A DNA stretch of 64,000 nucleotides from Myxococcota bacterium (GTDB lineage Bacteria > Myxococcota_A > UBA796 > SXON01). Of the stretch, positions 27,049 through 35,636 are shown piece after piece. The position numbers and the translations under genes are program-made. The notes beneath the pieces are model-generated. The model was not told the origin of the DNA and did no database searches. It was given only the letters and a program-made list of their open reading frames with translations. Position 1 is the first letter of the stretch, and each line of letters opens with the position of its first letter. The stretch spans positions 32,001-96,000 of the forward strand of contig JAZKFH010000067.1 of the NCBI GenBank assembly GCA_040386535.1. The letters are read 5' to 3'.

Positions 27049-29390
27049 GACGTCACCGGCTTGCGCATGTTGCACCCCTGGCACAACGCGCGGCTCCGGT
27101 AGCCCGCGACCAACCCTCCGTAGGCGTCCCCGTCCCAGATCTCCCCCAGCGTGCGGGCGTGGAGGTCACCGAGCTCGCCGAGAGTGCGGCGCTGGGCGTC
27201 GGGGGCGCAGCAGGGGTCGAAGCGGCCTGCGGCGCTGACCCAGGCTTCCTGGCCGAGGAACGGGCACCCGCCGCCCGGGGCGAGGTTGTCTCCCGCGTCC
27301 GGATCGAGCGGGAAGATGTTCTCGAGCAGCACACGCTCCCCGCTCGGCAACCGGTGCTCCTCCACGGCGGTCCGGGCCGCGGCGACCGCAGCGTTCCAGC
27401 GGGTGATGGCCGCCGGGCTGCGGCGCATGGACAAGCCCCGGATGGCGTCGAAGTGCGCCCAGAGGTGGTGGCCCTTCACGCGGTCGACGCCGAGCCCTGC
27501 CGCGAGTCGCACGATGTCGGCGAGCTCGCCCACGTTGGTCTCGAGGAACGTCATCTGCAACGTGACCCGACACCGGTTCCCACCGGCGGCGGCGTGCGCG
27601 TCCCGCACGGCCAGGAACGTCCGCAGGTTCTCCGACACTTGCGTCCAACGCGCGCCGACCATGATCGCCTCCTGCGTGGCAGCGGTGGCGCCGTTCCACG
27701 ACACCTTCACATCCGAGGTGACAGGCACGATCTTCTCGGCCCAGGCGCGTGCCCCGAGGCGCGGGAAGGTGCCGTTGGTGGTCAGGTTGAGCTTGACCCG
27801 GTGCTCCGCACACACGGCGAGGATCTCCTCGAAGTCCGCGAATAGCAGCGGCTCTCCCATGGTGGACGGGATGATCTCCCGCAGGCCGCGCGGGGCCGCC
27901 TCCGCCACCACCTTCCGGATCAAGGACACCGGCATCCGCCGCGGGGCCTCCCCTGCCGCGCGACGGTCGGCCTGCCGCGGGCTGTGGGGGCTGTGCTCCT
28001 CGCACATGATGCAACGCAAGTTGCAATCGTCGGGGTTCGTGTCGAACGTGATGCGCCACGGGCCGGGGAGGTGCTCCACGCGGGCGGAGTCCCGCTTCGC
28101 GAGGACCTCCGCGTACAACGCCTCCACCGCGTCGGCGTGCGCGTCGATTGGAGGGATCCGCCCCTCGGGATCGAGCAGATAGCCGCGAGCCCCGAGACGG
28201 GCCGCGAGCACGGGATCGGCCGCGAGCCGCGCCATCTGCGCCGCGAGATCCGTCGGATCGCGATGGCGGTATAGAAGCCCGTTCTCGTCGTGCCGTACGT
28301 ATTCGCCCATTCCACCCACGTCCGCGGTGATCACCGGCACGCGCGCGCCCTGCGCCTCGTGGATCACCAGCGGCGAATTCTCCACCCAGACGGACGGCAC
28401 CACGATCGCGTCGACGTGGTCGAACACGTCGCGCCCGATGTCCTCGTTCCGGTACTCGGGGAGCCACTCCACGCGCTGGCCCGCCTCGTTCGGAAGCGCG
28501 GCGGCGAGCATCTTCAAGGCCTCGGTGTCCTGGCCCCGCGGTCGACCCCAGATGCGCAGCCGCGGCGCTCCCAGGAGCCGCCCGAACGCGTCGAGCAGGT
28601 GGTGGATGCCCTTCGCCGGGATGTGGGTGCCGATGTACCCGAACGTGAAGGCTTCGCCGGGCGCACGACGCCGCCCCTCCACGCGCGCCCGATCGAAGCC
28701 GTAGTCGAGGTACCGGAGCTTGCCGCGGGGAAGACCGAAGTCGCGGTGGAACCGCTCCTGCAGCGAGCGGGAGGGCGCGATGAAGAGGTCCACGTGCTCC
28801 ACCATCGCGCGCACGTGTGCCATGCGACGCGCAACCCAGTCCGCCCAGTGCGCCACGTCCTGGGCCTCTTCCTCGGGCGCGCCCGAGAAGTACCGGGAGT
28901 AGCAACGGCGCGCGCACTTCTCGTCGGCCTGGCCGTCGCACGCCGCCCAGATGTTCGCGGAATCTTCTGGGAACATCTGCATGAACTGCCCACGCGGGCA
29001 CATCAGCCAGAAGTCGTGGAGCGTGAAGACGACGGGCACGCCGCGACGCGCCGTCTCGGCGAGGATGGAGGTCGACAGGTGGTTGAGGTGGCCGACGTGG
29101 ACGATGTCGGGGCGGAGCGCGTCGAGCAGGCCGCCGAACCCACGATCCAACTCTTCGTGCCGATACCGGTCGCGGCTGCGTGGCATGTTCACGACGTGGA
29201 GGCGCACGCGCGGATCGCCCGCGTCCGTCTCCTCCCGCAAGGTGTAGTCGGGCGCGAAGGCGTTCTCCTCGCGGGTGTACACGTGCACGTCGTGCCGGTT
29301 TGCGAGAGCGCGCGCGAGCGTCTGGGTGTAGACCTCGGAGCCCGCGTTGTAGCGTAGCGGATAGCCGTGGATTACCTGGAGGATCTTCAT
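27045..29390 (-). CDS. GT4 glycosyltransferase fused to a radical SAM/SPASM domain
   Basis: MKILQVIHGYP..AGSE, TLHDFW, HIPAKG, PSVWVENSPLVIHEA; then CNLRCIMC (CX3CX2C), MGEPL, TTNG, and SPASM-type CPF..PCC..CQGC. Confidence 0.92.
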   Translation of the reverse strand: MKILQVIHGYPLRYNAGSEVYTQTLARALANRHDVHVYTREENAFAPDYTLREETDAGDPRVRLHVVNMPRSRDRYRHEELDRGFGGLLDALRPDIVHVGHLNHLSTSILAETARRGVPVVFTLHDFWLMCPRGQFMQMFPEDSANIWAACDGQADEKCARRCYSRYFSGAPEEEAQDVAHWADWVARRMAHVRAMVEHVDLFIAPSRSLQERFHRDFGLPRGKLRYLDYGFDRARVEGRRRAPGEAFTFGYIGTHIPAKGIHHLLDAFGRLLGAPRLRIWGRPRGQDTEALKMLAAALPNEAGQRVEWLPEYRNEDIGRDVFDHVDAIVVPSVWVENSPLVIHEAQGARVPVITADVGGMGEYVRHDENGLLYRHRDPTDLAAQMARLAADPVLAARLGARGYLLDPEGRIPPIDAHADAVEALYAEVLAKRDSARVEHLPGPWRITFDTNPDDCNLRCIMCEEHSPHSPRQADRRAAGEAPRRMPVSLIRKVVAEAAPRGLREIIPSTMGEPLLFADFEEILAVCAEHRVKLNLTTNGTFPRLGARAWAEKIVPVTSDVKVSWNGATAATQEAIMVGARWTQVSENLRTFLAVRDAHAAAGGNRCRVTLQMTFLETNVGELADIVRLAAGLGVDRVKGHHLWAHFDAIRGLSMRRSPAAITRWNAAVAAARTAVEEHRLPSGERVLLENIFPLDPDAGDNLAPGGGCPFLGQEAWVSAAGRFDPCCAPDAQRRTLGELGDLHARTLGEIWDGDAYGGLVAGYRSRALCQGCNMRKPVTS

Positions 29391-30229
29391 TTGGACGCCT
29401 CGTGCGGGGGGGCGAATTGGAGCGCGGCCAAGCCGCGGGAGAGCGAGATACGGGGACGCCAGCCGAGGGTGGCGAAGGCGGGCGCGGGGTCTCCGACGAA
29501 GCGACGAACCTCGTGGGGAGCGGCGGGCACGTGGAGGAGCGGGGACGAGCCCTTGAGCGCGCGGGCCAGGTCTCCGAGCCGGGTCTCCTCCCCCGAGCAG
29601 AGGAGCAACGTCGAGAGGGTGTGACCGGCGTCGAGGCGCGCGACGACACGCAGCAGGCCGTCCAAAACATCGTCCACATGAACGAGGTCGAGGGTGTGAT
29701 CGGCCCCCCGGACCTGGAGCGGGGCACCCGTCCGAGCTGCGGCGAGCCAGCCGGGGACGAGGCGATCGGGATGATCACCGGCCGCCCCGTAGACGTTGGC
29801 GAGGCGCACCACGGCCACGTTGCGCCCCTCCGCGAGCGCCTCGGCGCCCGCCTTGGTTCGTCCGTAAACATTTTGCGGTCGCAGCGCCGTTCCCGGCCCC
29901 GCAGGGAGCAGGTCGGGCTGCCCGTACACTTCCCGGCTGCTCACCAGCAGCACCCACGCCCCCTCGGCCGCAGCGGCGTCGAGGACGTTCGCGGTGGCGG
30001 TCACATTGTCCCGGAAGGCGGCCTCGGGGTCGGCCTCGCAGCGACCCACTCGGGCGCACGCCGCGAGGTGGATCACTCCGCGGCAGCCGCGCACCGCGGA
30101 GCGTGTCGTCTTCCGGTGCGCGAGATCCTCACCCAGGAGCCGGTCGAGGGGCCGGCAGCCTCCGTTTAGCAGAGGCGAGAGCGCGCGCCCCAGCACACCG
30201 GCCGCGCCCGTGAGCAGGAGGGGCCTCAC
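29387..30229 (-). CDS. NAD-dependent epimerase/dehydratase (extended SDR)
   Basis: LLTGAAGVLG, IHLAA, SSREVYG, YGRTK, RLANVYG, LVHVDDV. Confidence 0.9.
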   Translation of the reverse strand: MRPLLLTGAAGVLGRALSPLLNGGCRPLDRLLGEDLAHRKTTRSAVRGCRGVIHLAACARVGRCEADPEAAFRDNVTATANVLDAAAAEGAWVLLVSSREVYGQPDLLPAGPGTALRPQNVYGRTKAGAEALAEGRNVAVVRLANVYGAAGDHPDRLVPGWLAAARTGAPLQVRGADHTLDLVHVDDVLDGLLRVVARLDAGHTLSTLLLCSGEETRLGDLARALKGSSPLLHVPAAPHEVRRFVGDPAPAFATLGWRPRISLSRGLAALQFAPPHEASK

Positions 30230-30591
30230 GCGGCGATCCCGTAGAGGCTCACCGCGACGTCCTGCTGATACGGGCCGAAGCGCAGGTACGTCATCATCAC
30301 CCACCCAAACGAGCTGCCGGGGTAGGAGCGCGCGATCACGTAGACTCCGGCACGGTCGTGGGCGAGGAAGTACCGATCGCGAACCCCCTCGAGCGAGCGC
30401 CCGAGGAGGGGCGCGGCGACGCCGGGAGGGATCTCCTCGGCGCGACCGAGGAGCGCGAGCGCACCACGTACGCCGACGTTGGGGTGGTGGAGCCGGAGGC
30501 GCTCCAGGGCGTGGGGGAGCACCCAGAGATCGAGTGACACGTCGGGCGTGGTCGGCGCGCGGGCCGAACCGAAGAAGGCAGGGGGATTCAT
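30226..30591 (-). CDS. small hypothetical protein (possible BECR/RelE-DUF4258-like fold)
   Basis: PHALERLR helix followed by predicted strands ending VMMTYL; GGAG upstream of ATG; stop overlaps the epimerase GTG. Confidence 0.55.
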   Translation of the reverse strand: MNPPAFFGSARAPTTPDVSLDLWVLPHALERLRLHHPNVGVRGALALLGRAEEIPPGVAAPLLGRSLEGVRDRYFLAHDRAGVYVIARSYPGSSFGWVMMTYLRFGPYQQDVAVSLYGIAA

Positions 30592-30982
30592 GAAAGCTCC
30601 GCTCGGAGAGACGTTCCGGCAGCGGACGACAGACAACCCCCAACCGTGCAGGACACGGGAACAGGCCACGCCGAGCGGCGTGCGAAGGTCTGGGTCACGT
30701 TGTCGAGGATCGGGGCGTTCGTACAGCCGGCGTCGCTACCAGTCACCCGCCTTGCGGCGGTCCCCGTGGATCCTTGGACGGGGTAGAGAAAAGTATGCGC
30801 CAGCCGGAAGCTACTGGGACGGGATGGGAACGTCAAGTGCGATTCTCCGACACCCCCTTCATCGCCCGGATGCGCCGGGGGATCGACCCGGCGGCTTACG
30901 TAAGGACTTACGCGACGACTTACATATAAATTTGCACGCCCAGCGCTCGGCGCGTACGGTCGGCTTCCAGATGGAGGCCTCG

Positions 30983-33400
30983 ATGTCCTGGTTGGAACGT
31001 GCCGCGAGAGACGCCGGCTACCGTAGCATCCGCAAGCTGGCGGAGGAGGTGTCCTCCTTTCCGGGCGCGCCCAGCTTCAACAGTGTCAACGTGCACCTGG
31101 GGAAGCTCGACGACCTCGACCCGGCCGGGATCGAGTGGCTGCGGAAGCGCACGGACGTGTTGTTGAAGCTGGCGGTGGTCCTCGGTTGGAACGAAGCCAC
31201 GCTGCGAGAGCGGATCGGCGCCGCGGCGGACGACGACGAGGCCACCTCCGTGCTCATCCCGGAGCTCGACAGCGATCGCCGCTGGGACCTCCGCGCCGAC
31301 CCGTTGTTCCCGGGTGTCCCCGCTCGCGTCGCCGAGCCGGCCGCGTGGCGGCGCCTGTGGTGGCACGCCGAGGCGGGCTCGGGAGCCGAGTGGGTCGGGC
31401 GCTGGCTCCGGTGCAACCATGAGATTCAGGTGGTGCGCGAGCGCGACTGGGCTCGAGCCCGCGCGGGGCTCCGTCCGGGTCGCCCTGCGTTCGTCGTCCT
31501 CGCGGAGTCCACCGACGCCGAGGCGCTGCTCCGCGCCGACGGGCTGGAGGGGTGGCAGATCTGCGTGGTGGCGGCGTTCGCCCCGCCCGAGCCCGCGCAG
31601 GGGCCGCGCGCCCAGCCCGGGCCCTGGGAGATCGTCCGCTCTGCTCCCACCGATCACTGGGCGGGAGCTTTCTTCGTCTGGGCGGAGCGCTTCTACGGGG
31701 ACGGCCAGTACACCGCCTCGCTCGCCCAGGAGGTCTGGGAGAAGTTTGGAAGCGCGACCAACTTTCGGCTTCCGGGCGACCTCATGGCGTTGTGCGGTCT
31801 CCTGGATGGCCTTGGCCGGGATCTCCTCGGGGCAGACATCGAGAAGCTCGGGGATCAGTGGCTCAAGTGGCTTGCCGCGCGTCCTGCCGTCCCACGCGAG
31901 ACGAGGGAGTGGGTCAAGCGCGAGGGGTGGTCCCGGGTGCGGGCGTTGGCGGAGGCGAGCCTTGCCGAGACGGGGCCCCACGATCTCGCCGGCTGGACAC
32001 GCCTGGGAGGCGAGGAGACGGTTGGCCGGCTTCGGGAGTTGGGGGTGCTCGCCTCGGAAGCGGCCGACACCTTCGATCTCGCCCCGCGCTGGTTCGCCCG
32101 CTGGACCCACTGGGCGGCCACCCGGCAGGTCGTGGAGGATCCGGCCCGGCTGCGGGCCGCATCGCTCGCCTCGCCCGAGGCGATCTTGCAGCGGCTCCAG
32201 AAAGACACCTGGGGCCCGACCGAGCGCGCGATCGCGACGCTCGACGCGGCGGACCCCGGCTCCGTGGCCGCCCTGGAGCTCTGCTTCCGCGCGGTCGGTG
32301 CCAAGCTGCTCGGACAGGTCCTCCGCGGCGGCGATCTCCACCTGGACCTGCTGACGCGGCTCTGGGAGGCGCAGGGCCGCGTCGCCGTCTCGATCCGGGG
32401 TGTCCCCCATCCGCGACTGGGCCGCACCCTCGACCTCCTCCCTCGGTGGTGGGAGAGCGCGTGGCTGATCTCAGGGCTCCTCTACGAGAAGGGCCTCGCT
32501 CCCGAGCCCTGGCCGTGCGATCCCGCAGGGGCGCTGGTCCCCTGGAGGCGGCCCTGGTCGGCGTCGCTTGACGCCGTCGTCACCGCACTCGACGACGCGC
32601 CGGGTTCGGTCAACTGGCTGCTCGGGGTAACCATTCTCCGGGACGTCCCTGGAACCCCCGCCCGCCGGATCACCCTCGCCGCGCATCTGGGCCGCGCGAT
32701 CCGGCGTGCCGAACCGGTGGAGGCGCTGGTTGCGATGTTCCGGCCGGGGGACCTCGCTACGGGCCTCTTCTCGGCGGCGATGTTCAGCCAGTTGCCCGAG
32801 GAGGGCGAGGAGACGCTGTCGCGCCCCTCAGCGGACGAAGCGGCCAGCATGATCGCGCTCGCGGTCTGGGCAGGATGGCGAGCCGTCGACTTTCTCAAGC
32901 TGCTTGGTGCCGACATCGCTGCGGCGCTTCCTACTGTCGTCCGCGCGCTGCCCGCGGCCACCTGGGACGAGCCCGCGTCGGGCAGCCTGTTGGCGGGCCT
33001 GCTCGCGTGGCGCGCTACCACCGCGGAACTCCCCATCCGCGCCTGGCAGGCAGCGGTAAAGAACGCGGATGGACTCCATGATCGGCTGCTCCCGCGTTCG
33101 CCCCCGCTCGCGATCGCCCGCGCGCTCGACACCGGAGGGTTGGAGGCGGCCCTGAACCAGGTCTGGCTGCACTCCCCCGAGGCTGCCCGCGCCGCGCTCG
33201 CGCGTCGGGTCGACGCCGGCGACGCGGCCGCCGTGCTCCGACTGCTGGTGGCGAGCCCGCCTCAGCACGTGGACGAGAGCCTCACGGTCCTCGCACCGAT
33301 CGCAGATCGGGTAGCCGCTCTCCCGGGAGCGTCGGTGTGGGCATGGGAGCGGGTGTCGGCGCGGGATCCGGGGTGGAGACAGGTGTGGGGGTGGCTGTAG
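30983..33400 (+). CDS. large protein with N-terminal XRE-like HTH, degenerate P-loop region and helical C-terminus
   Basis: GGAGG before ATG 30983; GYRSIRKLAEEV...LLKLAVVLG HTH-like segment; LWWHAEAGSGAEW resembles a Walker A lacking Lys. Confidence 0.6.
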   Translation: MSWLERAARDAGYRSIRKLAEEVSSFPGAPSFNSVNVHLGKLDDLDPAGIEWLRKRTDVLLKLAVVLGWNEATLRERIGAAADDDEATSVLIPELDSDRRWDLRADPLFPGVPARVAEPAAWRRLWWHAEAGSGAEWVGRWLRCNHEIQVVRERDWARARAGLRPGRPAFVVLAESTDAEALLRADGLEGWQICVVAAFAPPEPAQGPRAQPGPWEIVRSAPTDHWAGAFFVWAERFYGDGQYTASLAQEVWEKFGSATNFRLPGDLMALCGLLDGLGRDLLGADIEKLGDQWLKWLAARPAVPRETREWVKREGWSRVRALAEASLAETGPHDLAGWTRLGGEETVGRLRELGVLASEAADTFDLAPRWFARWTHWAATRQVVEDPARLRAASLASPEAILQRLQKDTWGPTERAIATLDAADPGSVAALELCFRAVGAKLLGQVLRGGDLHLDLLTRLWEAQGRVAVSIRGVPHPRLGRTLDLLPRWWESAWLISGLLYEKGLAPEPWPCDPAGALVPWRRPWSASLDAVVTALDDAPGSVNWLLGVTILRDVPGTPARRITLAAHLGRAIRRAEPVEALVAMFRPGDLATGLFSAAMFSQLPEEGEETLSRPSADEAASMIALAVWAGWRAVDFLKLLGADIAAALPTVVRALPAATWDEPASGSLLAGLLAWRATTAELPIRAWQAAVKNADGLHDRLLPRSPPLAIARALDTGGLEAALNQVWLHSPEAARAALARRVDAGDAAAVLRLLVASPPQHVDESLTVLAPIADRVAALPGASVWAWERVSARDPGWRQVWGWL

Positions 33401-34686
33401 CAGCGCACCCCGCTCACCTCCGTGCGCCCGCTCCAGTGCGCGTGCTGCAACGTCCGCCCGCCCCGTTCGGGAACGCCGCGTTCTCGAGCCACCGCCGCCC
33501 CGGGTTGGGTCCGACCCAGGCCTGGGTTTCGGTGAGAGGAGCGCCAGACCACGGCGGACGTTGACGGCAGCCATCGAGGGGTCGGCGTCGAAGCGACCCC
33601 GATCAGATTCGCCGGGGGCGCCGTCGCGTGAGCGAGATGGCCGCCAAGCCGGGCGCGTAAGCGGGTGCACGAGTCGGAGGTCCGCAAACGGCAAGCCGGC
33701 TGATTCAAGCCGGCGTCGAATCACGGTCCAACCAGGAGAGAGGCGTGGGGCAGCGCTGTGGTGTCCGAGAAGTCTGACGCGAGCTCATTCGAGTGCCGTA
33801 CTTCGCGACGGCCCAACGGATCGGCCCGCCGCCGACGTTGCGCGTGAGGCGGAACACGCTCAACATCGTCGTCGGGCACGACGGCCGCACGCATCGCCGC
33901 GCAGACGGTGCCGGCAGCGTGCAGCGGCCCCCCGGCCAGCGGCCGGACAGGACATGCTCGCCGCGGTCCGCGGCCAGCGGAGGTTCGCACCTTCCGGCGC
34001 GATTGCCTACCCGACCTCGGTCAGCCCGCGTGGGCCCCTTGACGTCCAGGACGACGAGGAGGCAAGTGGTGTCGGAAGAGGCTGAAGAAGATCCAGTGGG
34101 CCCGTCTGTGACCGCGCCGAACGGCACCGCCCTTGCGTTCTCGTAGCGGCCGGCCGGGTTCCTCGCCCGTCGAAGGTTCTCGCCCCGCTTGTTCGGAAGC
34201 GCGAGACGGCGCGCAGATGCGAGGTGGCCTGACGGGAAGATGGCGGGCCCACATGTTCAGTCTCGTTGATCCTCTTCGACGATCCCGGCCGCTGCCCCCG
34301 GAGGCAGGCAGTCGAGGACCCGCCCGACAGCGCACCGTGGCGTCCGGGCCCCACCCGAGCGCTCGGAGCACGTCGTCCACCTCCAGATGCGGGTGATCGC
34401 CGCACTGGCGTCCCATAGCGTCAGCTCGCCGACGAACTCGCACGCGGCGAACATTCGGTCGCGCTGGCCGCCCCCGTATTCGGCGTCCTGATGCCTCTCG
34501 TTCAGGGGCCTTGGCCGGGCGTTCGCTTCCCATCGTCCACGTCCCGCCTGATCGGGCGCATGCGGCGCCGGGGCCCGCCCACCCGGGGGGCGGCAGCCAG
34601 GTCCGGCCCGCGCCCCCCGCCGCCGTGACGTTCGCGCCCCCGTACGACCGTGGTACGACCGCAGCCCGACCGGCATCGCCACACGC

Positions 34687-34730
34687 AGAAACGCCCGCCC
34701 CAGATTTCTCCAGGGCGGGCGCTTCTTTAT
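34687..34730. terminator. GC-rich hairpin downstream of tRNA-Thr
   Basis: CGCCCGCCC...GGGCGGGCG inverted repeat with AGAAA on the left and TTCTTT on the right. Confidence 0.6.
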
Positions 34731-34734
34731 CTGA

Positions 34735-34810
34735 TGGAGCCGAAGATCGGACTTGAACCGACGACCTGCTGATTACGAATCAGCTGCTCTACCAACTGAG
34801 CTACCCCGGC
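34735..34810 (-). tRNA. tRNA-Thr(CGT)
   Basis: Reverse complement GCCGGGGTAGCTCAGTTGGTAGAGCAGCTGATTCGTAATCAGCAGGTCGTCGGTTCAAGTCCGATCTTCGGCTCCA: 76 nt cloverleaf, CGT anticodon, encoded CCA. Confidence 0.97.
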
Positions 34811-34853
34811 TCGCCGCTGCCTTCTAAACGGCCGCCGCGCTATCGTCAACTGT

Positions 34854-35546
34854 ATGTGGCCCTTCCTCGTCGCGTGTATGTCGCCCCCAGAGCCCGGCGT
34901 CGCGGTCCCGGCGCCGGCCGTCGCGCCGAGTCCGCCTCCCACCTGGATCCTGGTGGGGCGCGCCTCGTCCGACGGGCTCGACACCCCCACGCTCCCCGGC
35001 GGCGCCGCCCTGCTCGGCGCCGACTGCGCCACCATCAACACGGCCCTGCGCGGCCACGGCCCCCCCTGCTTCGTGGAGGAGTGGCGCGCCGACGGCGCTC
35101 CGGTCCGCGTCGAGCGCGCGGGCGCCCGCCTCCGTTTCAACCGGGTGCCCGGCCGCACGACGTGGACGCCCATCGGCGGCATCCTCGCGTCATGCCTCGG
35201 GGATCCGCTCGCATTGCCCCCGGCGGACGATCCCGGCGCCCGCCGCACCCTCGAGAAGCGCACGTGGGTCATCACGCTGTCGGGCGAGAACCGTTGCGCG
35301 CTGGCCGGCACGCTGCGCCTCGAAACGACGCGCGATCGCGCGGACTGGGACGGCATCTCGGCCGAAGGCCTGCCGTGGAGCAAGGGCGGGCGCGAAGCGG
35401 CGCAGGTTCTCCTCCGCGCGGAGCTGCGCGCCTTGGTGGAGACACGCTGGAGCGAGCTCGACACGTTCGCACGCGAAGAAGCGCGCCAGGCGCTGATGGC
35501 GGACCCTCACCCCGATGCCCAGCGCTTGCTCGACGCGCACCCTTGA
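34854..35546 (+). CDS. hypothetical exported protein/lipoprotein
   Basis: MWPFLVAC N-terminus, Pro-rich linker, GC3-rich codons. Confidence 0.6.
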   Translation: MWPFLVACMSPPEPGVAVPAPAVAPSPPPTWILVGRASSDGLDTPTLPGGAALLGADCATINTALRGHGPPCFVEEWRADGAPVRVERAGARLRFNRVPGRTTWTPIGGILASCLGDPLALPPADDPGARRTLEKRTWVITLSGENRCALAGTLRLETTRDRADWDGISAEGLPWSKGGREAAQVLLRAELRALVETRWSELDTFAREEARQALMADPHPDAQRLLDAHP

Positions 35547-35570
35547 GGCCGCGGCTCACCACCACGCACG

Positions 35571-35628
35571 CCGGGGGTCCAGGGGGCCCCGCCCCCTGGT
35601 GGGGCGTTGCGGGGTGAAACCCCGCCCC
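35571..35628. repeat. REP-like tandem hairpins between convergent genes
   Basis: CCAGGGGG-CCCCG-CCCCCTGG and GCGGGG-TGAAA-CCCCGC stems. Confidence 0.5.
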
Positions 35629-35636
35629 AAGCACCC

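Noticed and set aside
27045..28060. Radical SAM domain as a prokaryotic viperin
   Set aside because: It has SPASM cysteines and a GT fusion, and I see no viperin-like context around the CX3CX2C motif.
18859..30591. O-antigen/capsule locus or classical aminoglycoside cluster
   Set aside because: No Wzx/Wzy/ABC exporter, initiating transferase, DOI synthase or PLP aminotransferase is present.
33401..34640. Integrase or its remnant next to the tRNA
   Set aside because: No tyrosine or serine recombinase motif is recognisable in any listed frame, and the ORFs are short and atypical; blastx would be needed.
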